Assembly: GCA_002269645.1 (NCBI GenBank)
Contig: NIVC01000010.1
Span: 992,001-1,056,000 of the forward strand
Length of the DNA: 64,000 bases
Direction: 5' to 3'
Source: Macrostomum lignano
Lineage: Eukaryota
Shown: piece by piece, positions 47,751 to 58,884 of the stretch
Position numbering within the stretch: position 1 is the stretch's first letter
Layout of the letters: every line of letters begins with the position of its first letter
Position numbers and translations under genes: made by a program
Notes under the pieces: generated by a model
Databases searched by the model: none
Seen by the model: only the letters and a program-made list of their open reading frames with translations
Told to the model about the DNA's origin: nothing

Positions 47751-48749
47751 TAGGCCTGGTATATTTTTTAGGAAATTAGGCCTTATCTCTACTAGGCCTA
47801 ACCTAACCTACTCTAGAATAAAAACCAAAGTTTGCTTTATAGGCCTATGCTAGAGTGTATTGCTAGGCTAATAAAAACAAAACCATGCAATTTGCATTAT
47901 TCATTGTTAAAAATCAATTAGGCTCCATGCAAGCCATAGGCCTAGTCTCTGACTCAGGAGTCAGGTCTACAAAATTTATCTAGGTTTTCCTATGCTAGAA
48001 ATTTATGCAGCACAAATGTGATATATTAACATCTCTGATTAAAAAAACTAAATACTGAAACAACTAAGCTTATCGAATTTAAAATTTATAACTTAACCTA
48101 GCCTTACTTACTATTAAACTGTAAATTGTCTTCAGTTTTCATGTCATAACTGTCATTTGCCTAACATAACATGTCATAACCATAACCGAGTTAAGTTGGA
48201 AATTGGAATGGATCGTCCGCAATAGATAGTTAGATCAATAGATCGGACTTCGAACGTTAAGTCGTCGATGACGCAGCTCGAAGAAGCGGACAAACTTTCA
48301 AATATCGATAAAAGGGTGGCCAACAGTGTATTAAAACTTTTATAAGCTTTTTTCCAACAAAAATGAAGTGTTAAGTTTTAAGATCAGTCTGATCGCATAG
48401 TAAAAAGTTTAAAGTTATGTTTTAGTGTGTTTAAACCCGGAACCTGCTGCTTAATTTGTACATTTGTTTAAAGACTAAAAAATGTTTGATGGGGGGCAAG
48501 CTATACCAAGCACTACAACCCAAAAGTGGAAAGAAAATAGACCTGGCATAGTTGCAGGCCAAAAAAGTATGGCCCAATTTTTTTGGCCGCGGCTGAGGGG
48601 GAAGGGCATATGGCTCTCCAATTGCCCCCCCCTGGATCCGCGCCCCTGAATTTTTGCTGGGTGTGCACAGATTAGAAATGGTTAGAGAAAATTAAACAGT
48701 CATAATTAGGGTACACTCCAGATTATTCAATGCAATTAAGTTGCATCTG

Positions 48750-49260
48750 CTCAAACCATGCACTTGCAGGTCTGGGCTGTAGGAGTAGATCGAGAATGGT
48801 CGTCGCGAGCGGGATCGAGCTCTTGAAGCGCTTGATCCTCCTCTCCGGCCAGGAGTTCCCCACCAAACCTAGCGAGCATTGTACATGTACTTTCCGGGGC
48901 GTTGTGATGATGGAGAATGATGCCCCGAGCTCGAGTCCTTTTTTGCGACGCCTGCTGCAGGAGAGAGCGCACAGAAATTTCTGGCAGGATTAATATGTAT
49001 CGCCATGCGCGCTGCTGCTCTCTCGCCGAAGATTCGATGGTGGGATCCACCAGCTGGAGAGACTAGGCTGCAACTACTTTAATTTTGTTGTTCTCTGAGT
49101 TAACTGAAGATCTAGTAAATATAAAGCTCATTACCGCTGACAATTCCCAGGCTGAGTTTGACTTGGCCACCATTGAATTTGCTGCGGGTACCACATGTCC
49201 ACGAGCCTCCTGATCCAGCTCCGGAGTCAACTGATGGGACACTCATTGCGAGCAGAAATC
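48750..49260 (-). pseudogene. Degenerate mariner transposase fragment
   Basis: Frameshifted motifs in the expected order: SAR..VSHQLTPE, IVSGNE (cf. IVTGDE), RGIILHHHNAP (cf. LHHDNAP), YSPDL. Confidence 0.7.
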
Positions 49261-49898
49261 AATTGCTCAGGTTGAACCTTGAGTACAGGGGTCACAGTCG
49301 CATCGCAACCTCTGTTTCTATTGGGCCACAGTGACTTCAGGCATTTTTCTTACAAAACCGCGCTATTTCATTCAACAGCGCATTTTGATGCAGACGTAAA
49401 AGCAACCCTCAGGCAGCAGTGGTGCAGTACACCATACCTAACATTTTGGGGTCTACTCTCTTTAGTAAAAGTTCATGATTGCCAGCACACACTAGTACGT
49501 CGCATGATACTTGCACCAGTAATAATCATGCGTTACACCGCATTCCGACACCCAGACGCGTCAGAATTAGGAGCGGCAGCACCAAGGGGCCGACCATATT
49601 ATGCAGCTGCACCTGATCTACACTTGACGTAATTGCTGTAGGTACAATAAATGCAGGGTGCACAAGGTCACATGCACATGCAAACTGCTATGCGCATACA
49701 TTTTTGCGAGCAAAATTAATGCAACAGACTGCTATACATTCATTATATCATGTCATGTAAATATCATGTGCATGTAAAACTAAAAGTACATGTCCTGTTT
49801 TGACGCCTAAATATCCGTCGTCTACCGGAAGAAGAAAAATTACTTGTAATTTTTACATCTAAACTGTACTATATGTCTACAGTATATCTAATCACAAC

Positions 49899-50032
49899 CA
49901 AGGACCACTAGAAGTTACCCTTGTATCAAGACGTAGCGTGCTTAGATGCATGCATTGCGGAATTATTTATAGCCGCTTGTTTCAATTGCAGCTGAAGTTC
50001 AATGGTACAACGGTTACTTCTAGTGGTCCTTG
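49899..50032. mobile_element. 134-bp miniature inverted-repeat element
   Basis: CAAGGACCACTAGAAGT 17-bp perfect inverted repeat, extending imperfectly to about 29 bp. Confidence 0.55.
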
Positions 50033-50997
50033 CTCTCAAAAGGTATCATCTAGGTACTAACAAGTAGCAAAAGCTCGGGAACATGCCCCACAAATCGAAT
50101 GGCGCCTAAAGCCCGCCCCCAAAAAATCAATTTCAAGCTATGAAAGAATAGTCGAAGAAAGCTGCACCAGAAAGTCGAGGCACCTGCATTCAAACCTGTC
50201 CTGACCTCCACGGTTGAGAGTAGTTTGTTTTAAAATATTCAAACAATTTAATGTATGAGATGGTTTACGGCAAACATCAGAAAATCTCTGAGAAACTACA
50301 GACCGTATTTGCTTGAGATTTGACAATATTTGCATTCGGCGAACAATCAAAGAAGCCTAAACTGATGACGGCTTGAGCTGTATTTAAGAGTTGCAGTAGG
50401 GCGCCAACGGCAGTACTTTAAACTGCTGCCTCTCCCATTCGACCTGCAGTTGCCGCAGGTTTCCTGAGTTTGTCTATAGTCAGAGAAAATAAGACCGAAC
50501 TCTGCTATAACAGTATACGTCACCGCTACTCTCGTCTTTCTATCTTCTCTATGCGTCTTCTCTTCTTTCCACTTAAAAAAACAGGCCTCAGTGCTCACTA
50601 CGTTTAGCTTGTCCTTTTCTTTAGCATTGGCAGATTAGAACTGATGGAGAGAGAAATTTTCTCACGTGACAATCATATAGATCTACTTTTTCAGCCGACT
50701 GTTCAACGCTGGCTGGCCTAGAGAGCGGGTATGAAATTATGTATAATAATTAATTGCTGCAGCAGCTGATAGAGATGATGGTGCAGCGGAAAAGATTGGA
50801 TAGAGAAAAAACGCAGAAGGAGCTTTCATGACGACAGACGCGGTCAGCTGCACAGTTTTAATTGCCAACTGAAAAGAGCTCACACTCAGACAACTAGTAC
50901 AATTGAGGGCCAAAAAACTTTACAGTAACCATAGTCTAAAACATTGACAGACAAAGCTAGACAAGTTTCCTAATCAGGTCTAATAAGATCAAACGAA

Positions 50998-53900
50998 ATG
51001 TCGTCGCCAGTGGAGTCAGCGAAGCGCGATCTGGCTCGTGCACTTCGCTCCGAGGAGCCTCATCGAGTCAAAGCGATACTTCGGTCGCCAGTTGCCGACC
51101 TGGCTTGGCTAGACAAGCCGCTAGACAGGTAACTGCGGTTAAATGTACATACGCACAATCGGTAGAAAACGTTGGGAGCACTGGATATACTGTACCAATA
51201 CGTCCAATATTTATAAGCTGCAGTACGCACCTCTAACTTTCAGTTCGTTGCAGCTTGAAAGGGGCTGCAGCATTTTCTGGCAGCATGCAGCTTGAAAACC
51301 TGCAGGGTTAAGACCATAGACTATAGCTTCTACTGCTCAAAGCAAAATCTGACTGATGTGGTTGCTATGCTATAATGTCTGTGGCCCCAAGGGGCACCAA
51401 GGGGCACCAAGGGGCCCCAAGGGGCTTTAGCACCAAGGGGCTTTAGCACCAAGGGGCTTTAGCACCAAGGGGCTTTAGCACCAAGGGGCTTTAGCACCAA
51501 GGGGCTTTAGCACCAAGGGGCTTTAGCACCAAGGGGCGCCAGCACCAAGGGGCGCCAGCACCAAGGGGCGCCAGCAACAAGGGGCGCCAGCACCAAGGGG
51601 CGCCAGCACCAAGGGGCTTAGCACCAAGGGGCTTTAGCACCAAGGGGCTTTAGCACCAAGGGGCTTTAGCACCAAGGGGCTTTAGCACCAAGGGGCTTTA
51701 GCACCAAGGGGCTTTAGCACCAAGGGGCTTTAGCACCAAGGGGCTTTAGCACCAAGGGGCGCCAGCACCAAGGGGCGCCAGCACCAAGGGGCTTTAGCAC
51801 CAAGGGGCGCCAGCACCAAGGGGCGCCAGCACCAAGGGGCGCCAGCACCAAGGGGCGCCAGCACCAAGGGGCGCCAGCACCAAGGGGCGCCAGCACCAAG
51901 GGGCGCCAGCACCAAGGGGCGCCAGCACCAAGGGGCGCCAGCACCAAGGGGCGCCAGCACCAAGGGGCGCCAGCACCAAGGGGCGCCAGCACCAAGGGGC
52001 GCCAGCACCAAGGGGCGCCAGCACCAAGGGGCGCCAGCACCAAGGGGCGCCAGCACCAAGGGGCGCCAGCCGCTTTATTTAGTTTAACCCCTTCTTACTA
52101 AAATAGCTTGGTTCTCTTAGTTCGGAATGTACGACTAAACGGATGCATATTGCAATTTAACGTTTTCACAACAGAGACGGCAGCTGCGCTCTGCACATCG
52201 GCTCCTATTGCGGCCAGGAGGTTGGCGTTCACGCCTTGCTAGAATTCGGCTGCGACCCGAACGTCACCAATCAGAACGGAGAGACTCCGCTGCACGTGGC
52301 AGCCGAGCAGCGGTTCGAGCACATGATCGACCTGCTGGTCGATGCCGAGGGAATCCGGCTTGATGCGGCTCGAAAGCTGGACAGGCGGACTGCGCTGCAC
52401 ATTGCCGCCAGTCACGGCTGTTGCGACGGCGTGCGAAGACTTCTGGAAGCCGGAGCTGGCATCGATGTTCGGGATCGGGACGGCAACACACCGGTGTTCC
52501 TGGCTGTCCAGAACAACAAGTGAGGATTTAGTTTACCTGATGGGTAGCCACGCTTTGTACTTTAAGTAGAAGGACGCACCAAAACAAGACACATCTTGAC
52601 AACAATTTCCCGCAGACACCGCGTAGTTCACGAGCTGGTCTCTCAGGGCGCTAATTTGAAGCTGAAGAACAACGGCTTGCAGACTTGCTTGGCATTTGCC
52701 ATGAAGCAGAGCCAGGATAAAGCCATGATCAAACTGCTTGTTGAGCGCAAGTCCACCATGGCTCCTCAGCCTGGCACTAGCAGGCAGGCAGCCGTTCGAG
52801 CTACCCGAATTGACAATGCTGCACAGAAGCAACAGTCGATGGCAGGTAGAGATCTGCCTAATCAGGGTAGATTTTTTATGACCGAGTCGCATAGTAACAA
52901 ACTTGACCGGCCGAATCTCACACCCAGCAGACAGCTATGGCAGCAGCACCCTCAGGTATGGCAGTTTCCAACCGATTGTATAAATCGGTTCTGTAGGTTT
53001 CGATGAGCTTAATTTATTCATTAGCTAAAGGGGGTTGTAGTAGCCCAGTGGTTTGAGCGTCGCCTGCGTCGGAGTCCCGACTTGAAAGGTCGGGGGTTCG
53101 ATTCTCGACCCACTCGGAACAATTTGTGTCCTTGTGTCCTGAGCAAGACACTCAACTCTGCATTGCTTCAGTTTACCCAGCTGTAAAATGGGTGCCAGCA
53201 TTAGCTGGGGCAATTGAGGGTGTGTGTGGCGACCCCCCCCCCACCCCCAGTCCTTGGACTGAACGCTCAATATCTGGGGCTGAGCTGTCGGTTGCACATC
53301 TGCCCATTATTAATATTATTATGACTATCAAATCTCATACCCGCAGACTCGACATCAACAATCGGTCATTCCGGAAGAGCCAACAAAGCATCCTCAAGCA
53401 GCCCAGCACCCTCAGTACCACCAGCAGAAGCAGCAACAGCAGCAACAACAGCAGCACAGGCTTAGCAACGCAAATTACTCGCGCCAACGCGACACGAAAA
53501 GCGCCGGTGTTCAAGCAACCCCGGCCGAATCAGACCAAGAAGATGATGACGAAGAGGATGCATACAGCATGGACAGCAAAATCCGCGGCTTGTGCATCAT
53601 CGTGAACAATCAGGATTACTTCAACTCCGACGATTTCAAAGAACGCGCCGGAACAGATCTGGACGAGAGGCGCTTGGAGCGACTATTTAAATCGTTGCGC
53701 TTTCACGTCAAGATATTCAAGAATCTGGACGCCAAGGATATCTACTGGAACCTCAGCAACTATGCCAAGAGCGATCACAGCGGGTATGACTGTTACGTCT
53801 GCTGCATCCTGTCTCACGGCACTCTCGGTGGGATCTACGGAGTTGATGGACGAGTGCAGAAACTGTCCGACCTCACCGTGATGCTCAGCAGCACCAATTG

Positions 53901-54916
53901 TCCGTCGTTGGCTGGCAAGCCAAAACTGTTCTTTATCCAGGTGAGTTTCACAGCTGTACGGGTCTCGGCAATCCTCTACTTTCGCACGTTTAATTATTTT
54001 TCGAAAAATAACGACTTCCTTAGTTACCGCGAGTAAATATTTGAACTCGCGCGAGTGTAGAACGTGGCAGTGTATCGATTTTATGTCTATGTATACTAGT
54101 TTGAGGTGGCTATTGGCTATGTCTATGGCCAAAACCTGCAATCGCTCTCTGTTCAGGTTTTGGCCATAGACAATCGCTCCCTGTTTATTTGAAAAGGGAC
54201 TGAGGCAAGAGAGGGATGGGCCGTATTCTGAGAGATCTCTTGTCTTACTTGCTTTCTTGTCAATCTTGAGCAACAATGGGCCCATGCTAAGGCCCGGTTC
54301 AGGGCTATGCATGGCACATCTAAGGCCCTGTTCGACACCCACGTAGATGAGTTTCTGTGGCGCCGTTGCCACCCGCGCAACACCTTCGGCAACATACTTT
54401 TCTGGGTGGCGCACTACTACGATGTTTAATGCAACCGAACGTGATGTAACAAACTCGCTCATACCTGAGATGAGTCTCAAAGTCTTGAAGTTGACCGCCT
54501 GAACTTCGAAACCCATGCATCTTTAGGCTTGTCGAGGCCGCTGTCTCCAGCGAGGCGCGCACCATTTCACCGGCGATCGCGACCCGGCCATGATCCCGAT
54601 GGCCAACCACGAGACGGACGCGCTGTCAGCCGGCCCAGACCAAGAGTACATCCTGCCTGATCACGGCGACTTCTTGATTGGCTACGCCACGGTGGCTCAG
54701 CACATCGCCCAGCGGCACCGGGAGCAGGGCTCCGTGTACGTGCAGACCCTCTGCGACGTTATCGAACGCGGCAGGCACAAGGAGGACCTGCTCAGTCTGC
54801 TCACCAAAGTCAAATACCGCGTGTCGAAGCACGTGTTCCACAATGAAGACGGCAGCGTGTTCGTTCAGATGCCCGAAGTAAAGGAAACTCTGCGCAAGAA
54901 GATCTACTTTAAGTAG
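50998..54916 (+). CDS. Ankyrin-repeat caspase, 599 aa; exons 50998-51128, 52175-52519, 52616-52955, 53347-53940, 54527-54916
   Basis: Ankyrin motifs GSCALHIG, GETPLHVAA, RTALHIAA, GNTPVFLA. PolyQ/acidic linker. Caspase RGLCIIVNN, RAGTDLD, CCILSHG, GKPKLFFIQ|ACRG, DFLIGYATV, GSVYVQTLC. 1800 nt in frame. Confidence 0.88.
51385..52070. repeat. 16-bp minisatellite (AGCACCAAGGGGCTTT / AGCACCAAGGGGCGCC), caspase intron 1
   Basis: Direct periodicity; reverse complement resembles the 29.3-30.2 kb unit. Confidence 0.93.
53026..53320 (+). mobile_element. CORE-type SINE, copy 3, in caspase intron 3 (internal 3' deletion)
   Basis: A box TAGCCCAGTGG, B box GGTTCGATTCT, shared core. Confidence 0.82.
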
Positions 54917-55504
54917 CAACTAAAGCACTTCATTTAAAATCTGCTCAACAATTAATAGTCTAGTATACCTTTCAAAATTTCCCTATAATAGCATAACAAA
55001 AGCCAAAACAATTCGTGACAATCAAAGCTATCCTAGAAAAAAAATTTCCCCGTTAAACTTCTGCCATTTACGGATCCCTGTGAGGGTGATATCCATGTAC
55101 CATACAAGCTACTTACAGTCAGCTATGTGAAGCAATAATGAGTAGAAATCGCAGTTACATAACGGCTATGTACATGTATTATATGCATGTATAGACAAAG
55201 CTAGCTAAACTGTCTCAGTTCATGTACTTTTAAAGGACTTATCTAATTTGGTAATGTCAGACTAGGGTGTAAAATTAAAACGAACTTCTATCCCAATTTT
55301 TATATATTATTCTTAGACATTTTAGGGGTTCTCAATAAAAACCCAATGTCTCGGTTGCAGAGAGCATCCATAAGTATCTATTAAAGTAGAATATTGTTTC
55401 ATCTGGCTGCTATGCCGTTGTGTCATTACCAATTTGCTCAATTTCAGTTACATGTATACAAATTTCTTATCATAGCTATTAATATTTATAGAATAGTACA
55501 TTAA

Positions 55505-55672
55505 TTCCTGACCCCATCAGCGACATCTGCATCAATGAGCCTGACAGTCTTCCTGACCCCATCAGTGACATCTGCATCAATGAGCCTGACAGTCTTCCTG
55601 ACCCCATCAGCGACATCTGCATCAATGAGCCTGACAGTCTTCCTGACCCCATCAGTGACATCTGCATCAATG
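55505..55672. repeat. 45-bp tandem repeat, about 3.7 copies
   Basis: CCTGACCCCATCAGYGACATCTGCATCAATGAGCCTGACAGTCTT. Confidence 0.88.
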
Positions 55673-55687
55673 AGATTGTGTCTCCCT

Positions 55688-56780
55688 CAAACACAAACTC
55701 TCTCTCTTAAACACAGACTCTCTCTCTTAAACACAGACTCTCTCTCTTAAACACAGACTCTCTCTCTCAAACACAGACTCTCTCTCTTAAACACAGACTC
55801 TCTCTCTTAAACACAGACTCTCTCTCTTAAACACAGACTCTCTCTCTTAAACACAGACTCTCTCTCTCAAACACAAACTCTCTCTCTTAAACACAGACTC
55901 TCTCTCTCAAACACAAACTCTCTCTCTTAAACACAGACTCTCTCTCTTAAACACAGACTCTCTCTCTCTTAAACACAGACTCTCTCTCTTAAACACAGAC
56001 TCTCTCTCTTAAACACAGACTCTCTCTCTCTTAAACACAGACTCTCTCTCTTAAACACAGACTCTCTCTCTTAAACACAGACTCTCTCTCTCTCTTAAAC
56101 ACAGACTCTCTCTCTTAAACACAGACTCTCTCTCTCTTAAACACAGACTCTCTCTCTCAAACACAAACTCTCTCTCTTAAACACAGACTCTCTCTCTTAA
56201 ACACAGACTCTCTCTCTTAAACACAGACTCTCTCTCTTAAACACAGACTCTCCCTCTTAAACACAGACTCTCTCTCTCTCTTAAACACAGACTCTCTCTC
56301 TTAAACACAGACTCTCTCTCTTAAACACAGACTCTCTCTCTTAAACACAAACTCTCTCTCTTAAACACAGACTCTCTCTCTTAAACACAGACTCTCTCTC
56401 TTAAACACAGACTCTCTCTCTTAAACACAGACTCTCTCTCTCTTAAACACAGACTCTCTCTCTTAAACACAGACTCTCTCTCTCTCTTAAACACAGACTC
56501 TCTCTCTTAAACACAGACTCTCTCTCTCTCTTAAACACAGACTCTCTTAAACACAGACTCTCTCTCTCTCTTAAACACAGACTCTCTCTCTTAAACACAG
56601 ACTCTCTCTCTCTCTTAAACACAGACTCTCTCTCTTAAACACAAACTCTCTCTCTGAAACACAAACTCTCTCTCTTAAACACAGACTCTCTCTCTTAAAC
56701 ACAGACTCTCTCTCTCTTAAACACAGACTCTCTCTCTCTTAAACACAAACTCTCTCTCTTAAACACAGACTCTCTCTTCA
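55688..56780. repeat. ~20-bp variable minisatellite AAACACAGA(CT)nT
   Basis: Direct periodicity with variable CT number. Confidence 0.93.
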
Positions 56781-57163
56781 ACACAGGCAACGCATTTCAA
56801 CATGTGTCAACGACCGTAAGAAATCAAAATGAGATTGGAATGAAAAACTCAAGCTAATTAATAGATATTTTCTGTATGCTTGGAACAATAAGTTGGTGGT
56901 AGAAACTAACGTACAGTAATGAGATTTAAATTGTTTAGCTGTATTTGCCTTTTAGTATCTTTTTAATAAAAACCAAAGATAAACCAATCGATTTTGAATA
57001 AATTGAATATTGAATAAGCTGATATTGATCGAGAACAATGGAGACACTAGCTCGGGGGTCAGTTCAAGACAACTGAGGATAATTTAGACAACGGACAGGG
57101 GGATAGAATTTAGTTAGTTATATAAGCTGTTGATCGGCTGCAAGCCACCACTGCTGCGTTCGC

Positions 57164-57512
57164 TCAATCGTGCATCGGAAACGTGAACTGGAAGTTCTTG
57201 CAGATGCAATGGCAAACACTTCGCTTTGGCGGCCCGGCCATGGCGCAGGTCGGCACCCTGTAGCAGGAGAGCCGGCACACATTCTGCCAGTAGAGCTGCG
57301 TGTTAACTGCAAGGTGAGGCGAAATGAGATTTATTCAAAGCTACTGCATAACAAAAACATCGAATCGGCAATGTCTTACTCCAGTTGATCGGCCAACGCT
57401 TTGTCATCGACAGTTGCGGCACGTCGTTCTTCCCTTTGGCGCTATCCGCACCAGTCAGCAGACAGGCCAGCATGGCCATGCCAGCCAGACAATAGACAGT
57501 AGCAGCCTGCAT
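57164..57512 (-). CDS. Small secreted 6-cysteine peptide precursor, 91 aa; exons 57512-57380 and 57306-57164
   Basis: Signal-peptide-like N-terminus and KR site. A 73-nt GTAAGA...TTGCAG intron gives MQAATVYCLAGMAMLACLLTGADSAKGKNDVPQLSMTKRWPINWINTQLYWQNVCRLSCYRVPTCAMAGPPKRSVCHCICKNFQFTFPMHD. Confidence 0.72.
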
Positions 57513-58884
57513 GATTGCGTTGCTAGAAATTTAGTCAGCAAGTTTTCTACAAAACTGACAAATCTGGGGCTGAATAAAAATCTCCCTGGCTGACGATGTC
57601 TTTTATAGACGATGGTCGGGATTTTCACCAGCCAATCAGAAATTGTCAATGATTTCATCAACGCTTGAAACGTTCAAGGATTCTAAGAGAGTTCTAAGTA
57701 AAAATTGAGAGAAATTTGCTCCAGAAACGAAAAGAATCAGAGAAAGCTCTAGAAAATTCCAGGATATCTTATGAGATTGTGAAATTTTGTTTGAAAGCTC
57801 TCAATAAACCATCAGATTGTTTTATAGTCCTGAGGAATATGCTTAGACTTATATTTAGACATTGTAAGAAGTCTCTAGGTCACATTTGGGGGGAGGTGTT
57901 TCACAGATGTTACAATTAGTGACCAGTGATTAGTGACAAACAACAATTTAAAAGGTTACAAGTGCTACAGTTTCCTTTCGCAGAATGATTTGTAAATCTA
58001 GCGACAAGGTACAAGCTCTCAAAATAGTGACTCAAAATATGTATATGGCCAAATCAACCACTGAGCTCCTGGCTCTGGAAAACTTCAGAGAATGAGCTGA
58101 GACACGGCTTCAGTGTTCAGCGGTCACTGTACCAGTGGAATTCATGGTTCCAAGCTTCAACGTAGCTATACATAGATCAATCCAATATATTTATAATCGT
58201 TTTTACCGAATCTTTTCTTCAATCTTCACGTCGATATCCTAGTCTTCTAGGTCAGAAATAGCCGCAAGTCTGCACAAAAACACCTGTAACCAACTGCTTG
58301 ATTCGTATTCCGTAGGCAACCGAGCATATAACGAGGCCCTAGGCATATAACAAAACACCTGCAAAAACCCTCCTTTACCAGCATCAATTTTTATCCAGAG
58401 AGAGTAGTTACCGTGGGCGTCAATTTTCTGCAATTTTCTGTCCCTTTCTTTACTTCCGCAGTGTCGGGATTTGGGTGTGACAACCATTTTTTCACCTACG
58501 CCGCCTCACAATAATGGCCACCCACGGCTCACAGCTTTTGGACGCTGAAATCAGTTGAAACGGCCTTTCTAAATCCTTAATTTCGTATGACAAGCACAAC
58601 ATTAGACTGTAAAAACTAGCACACAAGCTTACCAGAAGCTCGCTGCGACTTAATTTTATAACCGAACTTTTATTACTCTGTCTTATACTGAATCTCAGCA
58701 ATTTGCTGTCATATTGGACTTGCGGTATCTTATCTACTGTATCATGACTGCAGCTCATATCAATACCGAACCAGCTGTGGGCACAAATGCTCGTACATAC
58801 GAGCTTATAAGTACTCGAGATTTGGTACAGCCCCAGGCATGTCTCTACATTCTGCAACCTGTCTCGCCGTTTGAAAAAGAAAAA

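Noticed and set aside
50138-50598. Two short minus-strand ORFs, one with CxxC
   Set aside because: No recognisable domain or splice support; likely chance.
52846-52927. Possible extra intron in caspase exon 3
   Set aside because: Removing it leaves a phase-2 end incompatible with the phase-0 acceptor at 53346; retaining it closes the frame.
53683-54610. 277-aa and 96-aa minus-strand ORFs
   Set aside because: Antisense shadows of caspase exons and intron; no motifs.
58714-58884. 57-aa N-terminal extension of the esterase ORF (TTG start)
   Set aside because: Non-ATG start; the signal peptide begins at ATG 58885.
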